From assembly GCA_964590575.1 (NCBI GenBank), contig CAZPWM010000017.1, forward strand, positions 1 to 41,475: a DNA stretch of 41,475 nucleotides, read 5' to 3'. The notes under the pieces were generated by a model. It ran no database searches. It saw only the letters and a program-made list of their open reading frames with translations, and had not been told where the DNA came from. The position numbers and the translations under genes were made by a program. Origin of the DNA: an uncultured archaeon (GTDB taxonomy: Archaea; Asgardarchaeota; Thorarchaeia; Thorarchaeales; Thorarchaeaceae). Positions 27,648-36,425 of this stretch are shown piece after piece; positions within the stretch are counted from its first letter, which is position 1; every line of letters starts with the position of its first letter.

Positions 27648-27783
27648 CAGATTCATTCAACATATGTAATAAAGGTTGAGAATAATATACATGAACCCTT
27701 CACTATATTTCAGATTCCATCAAAATCGATGTCTAGACTATCAGATTCATTCATTTGCTAGAAACTCTAATTCTTTCAGATTC
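27648..27783. repeat. Four direct repeats of CAGATTC in the hdr/GGGPS divergent promoter region
   Basis: Copies start at 27648, 27711, 27742 and 27777; two extend to CAGATTCATTCA. Confidence 0.7.
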
Positions 27784-27840
27784 ACCAAAAGCGTAAAAAG
27801 CCAGTACGTGGGGAGGCATTTGCACTCTGGAGGCTACAAG

Positions 27841-28614
27841 TTGACTGGAAAGGTCTGGAAGTACATTACAGAAAAATTGGAGTCTGAAGGTGCCTGTCAC
27901 TTCTCACTTCTTGATCCTGATCCTTTGTCTATAACTATTGAAAATGTTGTGGAGATTGCTACCTTGGCTGAGAAGGCAGGAAGTGATGCGATCATGATTG
28001 GTGGAAGTACAATCTTTGGAGTCATTGACGAATCTGTTGCAAAGATTACTGAGGCAGTAGACATTCCGACAATCTTGTTCCCTGGTAACATCACCGGTGT
28101 TTCAGAACATGCAGATGCTATGTTCTTCATGACACTTCTGAACAGCACCAATCCCTATTACATCATTGGGGCTCAAGCACTAGCAGCACCAAAGATCAAA
28201 CTCACGGGAATCGAAACTATTTCCATGGCTTACCTCATTGTAGCACCTGGTAAGTCTGCTTCATGGGTTGGGGATGCTAAACCGTTTCTAAGGGACAAAC
28301 CTAAACTACCTGCGATGTATGCAATCGCTGCTGAACTACTTGGGATGAAACTAGTCTATCTAGAGGCTGGGAGTGGTGCAGAGGGAGGGGGGGTGCCTCC
28401 AGATATGATTGCCACAGTTTCGAAATTCATAGACATTCCATTGATAACAGGTGGCGGCTTCAACGATGAAAAATCAGTTGTTACTGCAGTTGAGGCTGGA
28501 GCTTCCATAGTTGTACAGGGAACATATCTTGAAAAACAAGTCCAAAAGGACGGTGGCAACGAGCTTGCTAAGATAGTAAAAGGTCTCAAGGCAGCTGGCG
28601 CCAAGAGGGTTTAA
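27841..28614 (+). CDS. Geranylgeranylglyceryl phosphate synthase
   Basis: LLDPD, DAIMIGGS, ILFPGN, YLEAGSGA, GGG; TTG start after GGAGG. Confidence 0.95.
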   Translation: MTGKVWKYITEKLESEGACHFSLLDPDPLSITIENVVEIATLAEKAGSDAIMIGGSTIFGVIDESVAKITEAVDIPTILFPGNITGVSEHADAMFFMTLLNSTNPYYIIGAQALAAPKIKLTGIETISMAYLIVAPGKSASWVGDAKPFLRDKPKLPAMYAIAAELLGMKLVYLEAGSGAEGGGVPPDMIATVSKFIDIPLITGGGFNDEKSVVTAVEAGASIVVQGTYLEKQVQKDGGNELAKIVKGLKAAGAKRV

Positions 28615-28665
28615 ATACTTGACAATCCCTTTGAACTAAATACGCCATGGGAGGATTGCTATACC

Positions 28666-29061
28666 TTGTCCTCAAAGACCGAAATGTTGAATGAGCTTCT
28701 CTTAGACTTGAGCAGAGCATCTCAGGGGAATGTAGAAGCCGGTGCTGTCATTTCGAAATCGCAGGGTCTCACTATTTGTTCTCATTATCCCGAAGGTACT
28801 GATGAGGGAAGTGTCCCAGATGAGGATGTGATAGCAGGAAGAACCACCCAGATACAGGAAGCCACACGAAAGGTCTTCAAACAGCTCAAACGCGGTCCAC
28901 TTGTGAGAATGCTCATCGAGGGCGAAACCGGGTATATCATAATCTGTGATGCTGGTGCTGATGCTATTCTCGTGGTTCTTACGACCAAACGTGCCAACAT
29001 TGGTTACATGTTCTTCATGATGACTCGTATAGCCAAACGCATTGAGAAAGTTCTATCGTAA
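28666..29061 (+). CDS. Roadblock/LC7 domain protein
   Basis: VEAGAVIS..GL.I.S, L.RGPL.RMLIEGETGYIII..AG.DAILVVLT...NIG. Confidence 0.88.
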   Translation: MSSKTEMLNELLLDLSRASQGNVEAGAVISKSQGLTICSHYPEGTDEGSVPDEDVIAGRTTQIQEATRKVFKQLKRGPLVRMLIEGETGYIIICDAGADAILVVLTTKRANIGYMFFMMTRIAKRIEKVLS

Positions 29062-29121
29062 CTGGTCTTTCCGTCACTTTTATCTTGCTAACTCTGCACG
29101 AGCCAATCAGTTGGTGTAATT

Positions 29122-30054
29122 ATGGCCGATGATAAGCCCGTTGATAATGCTGAAGGTGACAATTCAGAAGACTCTTGGGACAAATGGCGTCGTGCTGGCG
29201 TAGTTGCTCGTGAGGCCCTCGATATAGCTCGACCTATGGTAAAGCCAGGGACCAAAGTTCTCGACATCATTGAAACGGTTGAGAATTACATCCGGGAGAA
29301 CTCATCAGGTACATCCTTCCCTTGCAACATAGCATTGAACAATATTGCTGCACATTACACATCTCCACTCAATGATGAAACAGTCATTGAGGATGGCGAT
29401 CTTGTTACAGTCGATTGCGGTTCTCATGTAGATGGATGCATTGCTGACACTGCATTCACAATAGCCCTAAATCCGGATCACGAAGCCCTGGTGAAAGCCT
29501 CAGTTGATGCTACTAACGTGGCTATTCAGATGATGCGGCCGGGTGCCAAACTCAACTCTATTGGTGCATTGATTGAAGATACTATTCAAGCTGCAGGATT
29601 TAAACCAATAAAGCAACTTTCTGGACACCAGTTAAAGGAGTATGAGCTCCACGCAGAAAAACAAGTCCCTTGCGTATCGGGGAAATCTGAAGTCATTGTA
29701 GAAGAGGGCGAAGCCTATGCAATAGAAACTTTTGCTAGCACCGGGTCTGGGAATATATCTGATTTGCCACGACCTCTGATATACCAGCTTCTCCCAGTGA
29801 GAGTTCCTGTACGGTTTAAGGGGACAAAGCAGTTCTTGGGAATTACTAGGAAAGACTACAAAGAGTTCCCATTTGCTAAGCGATGGGTTGCTGAACGGAT
29901 GTCTCCTGCCTCACTTGAGATGGCAATCAAAGAACTGGAAAAGAATGGTGCACTTTTCGGGCACAGTATTCTTGCTGAGGAAAAGGGCGAATTTGTTTCT
30001 CAGCATGAGCATACAGTCATCATCACAGAGCGAGGATACGAAAAAACCACGTAA
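29122..30054 (+). CDS. map: Methionine aminopeptidase type II
   Basis: AAHYT, D.G.HVDG.IADTA, GH, AIETF, QHEHT. Confidence 0.96.
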   Translation: MADDKPVDNAEGDNSEDSWDKWRRAGVVAREALDIARPMVKPGTKVLDIIETVENYIRENSSGTSFPCNIALNNIAAHYTSPLNDETVIEDGDLVTVDCGSHVDGCIADTAFTIALNPDHEALVKASVDATNVAIQMMRPGAKLNSIGALIEDTIQAAGFKPIKQLSGHQLKEYELHAEKQVPCVSGKSEVIVEEGEAYAIETFASTGSGNISDLPRPLIYQLLPVRVPVRFKGTKQFLGITRKDYKEFPFAKRWVAERMSPASLEMAIKELEKNGALFGHSILAEEKGEFVSQHEHTVIITERGYEKTT

Positions 30055-30212
30055 AGCGAGTCTTTTGTGCATGCGTCCAGAATTCAGAACAATTAAAAGA
30101 ATATTTTCCCAAAAGGGTTTCTGTGGGTACCGGGAGACTGTCTTTAATACAATGATTAGACAGTGAATACTGACGGTTGTGTACCGGGTCCAACTACTAC
30201 GGAGGAGAATCA

Positions 30213-31181
30213 TTGGACCAATCGCGTGATGCTGCTGATAAAAAAAGCACAGTTTCTGACGCACCTATTGAGACAATAACTTGTTCTGAATGTGGATCCA
30301 CCACTGTCGTAGAAGATATGACTCGGGGGGAACGCGTCTGCGGCGGATGTGGGCTAGTGTTGTCAGACCATCGGATTGACACCGGTGCAGAATGGCGGGC
30401 TTTCAGCTCTGAAGAAAGTGATGCTCGCAGTCGTGTAGGTGCACCAGTAAGGTATACAGTCCATGACAAAGGTCTCTCAACCGTCATTGATTGGAGAGAT
30501 CGAGACACATCAGGAAAGAAACTCAGTCCTACAAGAAGATCAGAGATATACCGGCTGAGAAAGTGGCAGATTCGATCTCGAGTTCATAGTTCAATGGATA
30601 GGAATTTAGCACAAGCCATGTCCGAGCTTGAGCGACTATCTTCTCAGCTAGGAATTCCAGGGCCAATCCGTGAACTGGCAGCATTACTTTATCGAAAATC
30701 AATCATTCAGAAACTAGTAAGAGGACGGTCAATAGAAGCTATGGTTGCAGCAACCCTGTATGCTGCATGTCGAATCAGAATGAAGCCGCGTCCTTTGGAT
30801 GAGGTTGCAGATGCATCTCGTGTTGATAAAAAGAAACTTGGTCAATGCTACCGATTGCTTCTCCGGAGTCTGGCCATAAAAATTCCTCTGAGTAATCCAA
30901 TCGACTATATTTCACGATTTGCGTCTCAGTTATCTCTATCGAGTCCAGTACAATTAAGAACTGTGGAGATTCTTCAACAAAGTAGGAATATAGGTCTCAC
31001 AATTGGTCGAGACCCCCTAGGTTTAGCCGCCGCCGCCATCTATGTTGCTTCAATCATGCTCGATGAACGTAGAACCCAGCGAGAGATAGCTGAAGTAGCT
31101 CGAGTCACTGAAGTAACGGTCCGGAATCGATACAAGGAAATCGTGAAGAAACTTGGGATTGATTCATTGACCCTCGGATAG
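30213..31181 (+). CDS. tfb: Transcription initiation factor IIB
   Basis: Zn ribbon CSECG..CGGCG, EWRAF, two cyclin repeats, VTEVTVRNRYKE; TTG start after GGAGGAG. Confidence 0.97.
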   Translation: MDQSRDAADKKSTVSDAPIETITCSECGSTTVVEDMTRGERVCGGCGLVLSDHRIDTGAEWRAFSSEESDARSRVGAPVRYTVHDKGLSTVIDWRDRDTSGKKLSPTRRSEIYRLRKWQIRSRVHSSMDRNLAQAMSELERLSSQLGIPGPIRELAALLYRKSIIQKLVRGRSIEAMVAATLYAACRIRMKPRPLDEVADASRVDKKKLGQCYRLLLRSLAIKIPLSNPIDYISRFASQLSLSSPVQLRTVEILQQSRNIGLTIGRDPLGLAAAAIYVASIMLDERRTQREIAEVARVTEVTVRNRYKEIVKKLGIDSLTLG

Positions 31182-31258
31182 CATCAGAACTAATCCTAAC
31201 GTCATTTCTATTTACATTTCCTAGAAACTGGACTACCAGAAAGGTGTACCAGTGGTCG

Positions 31259-31603
31259 TTATCTTCTTCCTTTGAGTTGAAACGTCCAGTCCACTTGGAC
31301 CATTTCTTCTGGAAATCCTAGTTTGGCAAGAACCTCTTGGATGACTCCTCGATGGTCTCCCTGAAGTTCAATGTGGCCATGCTTTGCTGCACCTCCGCAT
31401 GCAAGTTTTCCCTTCAGTTTGGTTGCCAGATCACTGAGGTCTATATTCTTGTCAAAACCCTCAACAATGGTAGTCAAGCGGCCCCATTTGCGCCTCTCAA
31501 CAGTTACAGAAATTCTTGCCTCTTCCTGTGCTATCGTTTCACAGACACATAGGTCTTGAGGCAATCCACAATTCGGACATATTCCGCCTTCGTTGTCGCT
31601 CAC
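31259..31603 (-). CDS. Translation initiation factor SUI1/aIF1 homolog
   Basis: CGLP..LCVCE, LK.KLACGG, IELQGDH. Confidence 0.95.
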   Translation of the reverse strand: MSDNEGGICPNCGLPQDLCVCETIAQEEARISVTVERRKWGRLTTIVEGFDKNIDLSDLATKLKGKLACGGAAKHGHIELQGDHRGVIQEVLAKLGFPEEMVQVDWTFQLKGRR

Positions 31604-31742
31604 GCATTATACTCCTTAGGTTTGGCTATAATTTTTCGCCGGAGCAAGGTGTGACAGCAACGCCTTAAAAGTGCTATGAGTAAGGGCAAAATTACTGTTG
31701 AGCAACAGTAAAGAGTCCCAAACGAACTACAAGCAGTCAACA

Positions 31743-33350
31743 ATGTCTAATCGAGTGCTAATCATTGATGCTCTGAGTGCAGGCTCAGGACGGCGTACTA
31801 GCTCTAGAGATTCCATTGGCTGTGGGCCTCGTGCAGTGGCTGGCATGTTTGAGAAACATGGAATTCAGTGTACCATTCGCAGAGTAGAGGAAGCTCTCAC
31901 AAAGAAGAGTATCCTGAAACAGTTTGATCATCTAGCTATTAGTGGCATGACGATGGATTATATCGCAGTTCAGAAGATGGTCAAGACCTGGCGACAAATT
32001 AGACAAAGGGGGCGAGTCCTTCTTGGCGGTCCAATTTCAGCAGAACATGACAACATACTCAAACAGATTCGACCAGACGTCCTTGTTATTGGTGAGGGTG
32101 AAGCCACTCTTGATGAATTACTGAAGTGCAATTACCTAGAGGAAACTCTAGAACTCAAAGACATACCTGGTATTGCTTTTCTTGAATCGAAGACACCTCG
32201 AATAACTACAAAACGAGCCTTAATCTCATCAAAGGAACTATCAGAGAGATTCTATCCATCAACTGCTCGAATCATTGACTACAATGCCTACCAAGCCTGC
32301 AAGGTCTATGTCGAGATACTTCGTGGATGCTCAAACTTCAGAAGAACAAAGTACCCCCTTGCTGATGGTACACTATGTTCAGAATGTGGAAACTGCGATT
32401 CTGATGATTCATCGATACGAATGGAATGCCCAGAAGATATTCCCCCAGGATGTGGCTTTTGTAGTGTTCCAGGTACCTGGGGGGCTCCTAGAAGCCGTTC
32501 TATTGATTCCATCACTAACGAGGTAAAGGAACTGCTAGACATTGGTGTCCATCGAGTTGTACTAGAAGCGCCAGGTTTCTTAGACTACATGCGCGGTACT
32601 GAGCCTCTGACCGATCCATGTTATCCACCAGCAAATCTGTCTGCGATTGAAGACCTGCTTGGTCAACTAAACTCCCTTCCTCAGGTTTCTGAAGGTATTG
32701 TGCATATCGCAATCGAAAACATGAAGGCATGTCTCTTCACTGATGAAGTTGCAAAAACACTGAAGAAATCAATGATATCTAGCTCTCCCAATATCGGGCT
32801 TGAGACTGGGTCCGAATATCATATGCGTCAGATTGGGAAATGTGGGAATCCTGAAGATGTTGTTCGAGCAGTCAAAGTTGCAAAAGCCCATGGCATGAAA
32901 CCCTTTGTTTACCTGATATACGGTCTCCCTGGTGAAACCTCCGAAACAACCGAGCAATCTGTTCAAATGATGCGCAATGTTAGTGAAGCCGGTGCAGAGA
33001 GGATAATCCTGTATGGATTCCGTTCATTACCCGGCTCAGCCTTTGCAAACTATCCTGAGTCCTCTCTCAAGGACGAATTTGGACAGATTCTACGAAAAGA
33101 AGCTGAAGCGATTAATCGTCAAAAGAAAGAACTATACCTCGAAAAAGTGTTGAGAGGGATTGCTGCAGAACCATCAAGAACGCACCACGGATTCACCATG
33201 GTTTACCCTCTTGATGAGGGTCCACTTATGACAGTTCCAGGTGGATTCTCAGCAGGTTCACTCCTTTTCATCAAAGTTACCAAAGTATTAAGCAGTGGTC
33301 TTGTCGCTGGAGAAGTTGTGAATGTTCCTTCACACTCTGGTATGTCCTAA
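31743..33350 (+). CDS. B12-binding-domain radical SAM protein with split CxxxCxxC motif
   Basis: LLGGP, VIGEGE, VEILRGC...GCGFC, GLETGS, IYGLPGET; possible C-terminal TRAM-like strands. Confidence 0.85.
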   Translation: MSNRVLIIDALSAGSGRRTSSRDSIGCGPRAVAGMFEKHGIQCTIRRVEEALTKKSILKQFDHLAISGMTMDYIAVQKMVKTWRQIRQRGRVLLGGPISAEHDNILKQIRPDVLVIGEGEATLDELLKCNYLEETLELKDIPGIAFLESKTPRITTKRALISSKELSERFYPSTARIIDYNAYQACKVYVEILRGCSNFRRTKYPLADGTLCSECGNCDSDDSSIRMECPEDIPPGCGFCSVPGTWGAPRSRSIDSITNEVKELLDIGVHRVVLEAPGFLDYMRGTEPLTDPCYPPANLSAIEDLLGQLNSLPQVSEGIVHIAIENMKACLFTDEVAKTLKKSMISSSPNIGLETGSEYHMRQIGKCGNPEDVVRAVKVAKAHGMKPFVYLIYGLPGETSETTEQSVQMMRNVSEAGAERIILYGFRSLPGSAFANYPESSLKDEFGQILRKEAEAINRQKKELYLEKVLRGIAAEPSRTHHGFTMVYPLDEGPLMTVPGGFSAGSLLFIKVTKVLSSGLVAGEVVNVPSHSGMS

Positions 33351-33397
33351 GAAAAGCTTCATATTGCCATGCGCCTCGACAACCATTGGTGACTGGA

Positions 33398-33541
33398 ATG
33401 GTTTATGTTTGCCACCGTTGCAAAAAAGAGGTGACCCCTGAGGGTCTAAAAACACTCCCAGGCGTTAAATGTCCATACTGTGGAGGTAGAATTCTATACA
33501 AGATTCGACCACCAGTCGTTAAGCGTGTCAAGGGTGTCTAG
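33398..33541 (+). CDS. rpoP: DNA-directed RNA polymerase subunit P (Rpo12)
   Basis: Absent from the ORF track. MVYVCHRCKKEVTPEGLKTLPGVKCPYCGGRILYKIRPPVVKRVKGV; GGTGA SD. Confidence 0.95.
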   Translation: MVYVCHRCKKEVTPEGLKTLPGVKCPYCGGRILYKIRPPVVKRVKGV

Positions 33542-33559
33542 TTAATCAGCTGGCCAAAT

Positions 33560-33658
33560 TCAAGGTCTGTATAAGTTGTAGATTACGATAGCAAATGAAG
33601 CTAGGAATAGGAATATCATACACACTGCTGCTGCCTTAATCTTCAGTTCACGTTTCAT
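33560..33658 (-). CDS. 32-aa single-TM microprotein, tail-anchor-like
   Basis: MKRELKIKAAAVCMIFLFLASFAIVIYNLYRP; starts 2 nt after the Get3 stop, with a GAGGT SD. Confidence 0.65.
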   Translation of the reverse strand: MKRELKIKAAAVCMIFLFLASFAIVIYNLYRP

Positions 33659-33660
33659 TT

Positions 33661-34623
33661 TCACTCAACCTCTTCACCGATGAGTATCTTTCCCAACCTA
33701 GCGAGACCTTCTATGCCTCTTATCTCTCCATCGAAGAGTGGAACCTCAGTTAGATCCTTGTCTGAATATAGCTCCCGGATATCTTTGAGATTGGATTGTT
33801 GCATCTCGAAGCGTTTGGAACAGAAGGAGCATGAAGGATTTGGAGGAACGAGCTGGTTAATGATTAGATAAGTGGCTGGAATATGCCAAGAATCAAGACT
33901 CGTGAGCAGTCTCTGTGTTTCAAAGACAGCCATGGCCTCTGGAATCATTACAACCACAAACTGTGTTGTATCAGGATCGGAGAGTTCTATTCTGGCAGCG
34001 CGAATCTTGTCCTTTGTCTGCTGAATCATCTGCCATGAATTTTCCTCCTGGTCACCACCGCCTAACATCCCTCGAAGAGACCCCAGCATAGAACTGAGTC
34101 GTTGACGCATAGTGAGAATCTTACCAAGCCAGCTATCAAGAAGATCGGGTAGCTCTAGTAGCTTTAAGGTATGACCTGTTGGTGCAGTGTCAAAGATTAC
34201 ACGGTCGTAGGACGAGTCTTCAATGAATTCGAGGATTTTTCCAAAAGCCATTGCCTCGTCTGATCCTGGAGGCGCCATTCCAGTCATATCACCCATTAGC
34301 CCTGCTGCCATCTGTGCTTCTGGACCTATAGCACCGTCACCCATTACTTGCTGAAACTCTTCCATCCCTTTTTCAGTGCTTATTTCCATCCCCCAAAGAT
34401 TGTCGAACCCCTCAATTGGCACAATCTCGCCACCGGATAAATCTTGGTCGAAACTATCACTGAGACTATGTGCGGGGTCAGTAGAGAGCACAAGTGTTCG
34501 AAAACCATGCCGGGCTGACAATACTGCCATTGCACCAGCACTGCTGGTCTTTCCTACTCCGCCTTTTCCTCCTGAAAGGATGAACTTGATTGTGTCCTTG
34601 TATATAATATCCCGTAAGGTCAT
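33661..34623 (-). CDS. Get3/TRC40-type ArsA family ATPase
   Basis: GGKGGVGKT, STDPAHSLSD, PGSDEAMAF, DTAPTGHTL, Met-rich insert, CSFC; single ATPase domain; start ATG 34623. Confidence 0.92.
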   Translation of the reverse strand: MTLRDIIYKDTIKFILSGGKGGVGKTSSAGAMAVLSARHGFRTLVLSTDPAHSLSDSFDQDLSGGEIVPIEGFDNLWGMEISTEKGMEEFQQVMGDGAIGPEAQMAAGLMGDMTGMAPPGSDEAMAFGKILEFIEDSSYDRVIFDTAPTGHTLKLLELPDLLDSWLGKILTMRQRLSSMLGSLRGMLGGGDQEENSWQMIQQTKDKIRAARIELSDPDTTQFVVVMIPEAMAVFETQRLLTSLDSWHIPATYLIINQLVPPNPSCSFCSKRFEMQQSNLKDIRELYSDKDLTEVPLFDGEIRGIEGLARLGKILIGEEVE

Positions 34624-34798
34624 TGACCTGCCTCTGTGGCTCAGTCCCTCCGCTGAGTTATTTAACTCTTCCATAGGCCATAGGTTAAAGAAGCTTGAAG
34701 AATAAGACGATGGATGAATCACAGTAATCTGTATCACTACGCAACCTTCATGAGTGCTACGTGAGATTAAACACTGGATTATCGTCGAGGAAAGTTGA

Positions 34799-35518
34799 AT
34801 GTCGTTTCCGCAAGTTCGAACTACTGCATTAGAGTTTCCTTCAACTGTCTTGAAACTCTTAGGAATAAAAATCCCTGAAGGACTCTTCCCTCCGAATGAA
34901 GAGCTACTACAAAGGTTCAACCCAAAGTCTGTAGTTATTATAATGATAGATAACTTCGGCCTTTTTGAAGCGGTAGTGTACAAACCTGAAGCGCTCATCA
35001 AGAATATGGAGGTCTTGGCGCTACTTGAAACAACTGATCCATATGCACTACCCCTCATCAAGAGACTCCTGAAAGGGCACAGACCAGACTTCCATCTCAT
35101 CCAATATGTCAAGAACTCTGGAAAGGCAACACAGGTAATATGTCGCGAGGAAGACATGGCTCACTGCGAGTTCGACCCAGCATACACAGTTCGATCCCGG
35201 GACGATATGGCCACATATATTGAAGCGACCAAACACATATTCAAGAACGACCTTTTGTATCTCCACTTCTTAGATTTCGAGAGTCTCTATGCACAATATG
35301 GTCACAGAACGCCTCCAAAAACCCTTCTTGAGAAGATTGTCCGCCGGACCGATAATTGGATCAAAGTGTTACTTAAACAAGCACGAGTCGGTACATTGTT
35401 TATTATTGTGGGCAATCATGGTAGACACCCGATTCCCCTGAATTATGAAGGCAAGCTTGCAGAGTGGCGAAAGGCTAACGCACCTATAGCAATAATGTTC
35501 CAGAAACGGACAGAATAG
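34799..35518 (+). CDS. Alkaline phosphatase superfamily-like protein with degenerate metal sites
   Basis: VVIIMIDNFG, LYLHFLD and FIIVGNHG match the AP-superfamily beta-strand/ligand pattern. Confidence 0.55.
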   Translation: MSFPQVRTTALEFPSTVLKLLGIKIPEGLFPPNEELLQRFNPKSVVIIMIDNFGLFEAVVYKPEALIKNMEVLALLETTDPYALPLIKRLLKGHRPDFHLIQYVKNSGKATQVICREEDMAHCEFDPAYTVRSRDDMATYIEATKHIFKNDLLYLHFLDFESLYAQYGHRTPPKTLLEKIVRRTDNWIKVLLKQARVGTLFIIVGNHGRHPIPLNYEGKLAEWRKANAPIAIMFQKRTE

Positions 35519-35524
35519 GAACGT

Positions 35525-36319
35525 CTATGGTATCAAAGCTGGAATACCAAATAGAATTGCCACGATTGCAAGAACGAAGCACAATTTCCAGAAACTGACT
35601 CGTCTTGCTAGTCCCAATAGGCCCTCCATTGAAATCAGACCTGTAAGGAATACAATAATTTCAATCATAAAGAGGTCCTGTGCGCCGACTCCCGTGGGAA
35701 GTGTGCTTCCTGAAATGATTTCCAAGAGAAGAATCCCAAAAACCGCAGGTACGCTCATTAAGAAACTAAACTTCATTGCAGTTTCTTTGTCTACCCTCTG
35801 CATCAGAAGTGCTGAGATAGTCACACCTGATCTGCTCAGACCCGGTAGGACAGCTAAGCCTTGAACTAAACCCGTTGCACCTGCTTCCTTATCCTGAACA
35901 TCCCGCCTAGTATCAACAACCTCCCCTTCCTCCCTTCTAGTTGGAAGGTATAGGGCAATAGCAGTAACAAGGAGTAACACACCAACGAGTATGTTCAGGA
36001 GTTCTCCATGTACTGGATTTATGTTTTTGAGGAAGAAGTAGAGTGGTACCGCAGTGATGGCTGTAGTTAATGTCGCCACCAGAAGAAGTCTAAACAATTT
36101 TTTATCTTTCAGGCTTATAATCTCTAGAATGACCCTCGGATATCTTGCTATCACTGCTAGAGCTGTTCCAAGATGTAACCAGACCACAAGTGCGAGAATC
36201 TCCTCAGGGGAAACAGGTGCAAAGTTATACAAGAATAAGACGACCTGTCCTTCACTGCTTATCGGGAGCCATTCTACAAGTCCTTGTATGAGGGCTACTA
36301 TTATCTGCCAGAGCTCCAC
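35525..36319 (-). CDS. uppP: Undecaprenyl-diphosphatase-like (BacA/UppP) polyprenyl diphosphate phosphatase
   Basis: QGLVEWLPISS, HLGT, QGLAVLPGLSRSG.T, FSFLMSVP. Confidence 0.93.
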   Translation of the reverse strand: MELWQIIVALIQGLVEWLPISSEGQVVLFLYNFAPVSPEEILALVVWLHLGTALAVIARYPRVILEIISLKDKKLFRLLLVATLTTAITAVPLYFFLKNINPVHGELLNILVGVLLLVTAIALYLPTRREEGEVVDTRRDVQDKEAGATGLVQGLAVLPGLSRSGVTISALLMQRVDKETAMKFSFLMSVPAVFGILLLEIISGSTLPTGVGAQDLFMIEIIVFLTGLISMEGLLGLARRVSFWKLCFVLAIVAILFGIPALIP

Positions 36320-36425
36320 TATTCCTTTCTCCTGTTGTGTTCTTAGTCCATAAGAATTAAAAAGCTACTCCAATCGACTCAGCTCATTAAGGGTGCGCAT
36401 CATGGTTCTTGACAATGGTAGATTC

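Noticed and set aside
27648-27783. CAGATTC repeats as a mini-CRISPR
   Set aside because: Repeats are only 7-12 nt with irregular spacing, and no cas genes are present
27676-27840. N-terminal extension of the GGGPS ORF
   Set aside because: AT-rich promoter region; homology starts at TTG 27841 after GGAGG
33661-34623. Arsenite-efflux ArsA
   Set aside because: Single domain with a Get3-type insert and CxxC, and no ars operon genes nearby
34624-35157. 177-aa N-terminal extension of the ArsA/Get3 ORF
   Set aside because: Antisense to the 34799-35518 gene and the divergent promoter region; homology starts at ATG 34623
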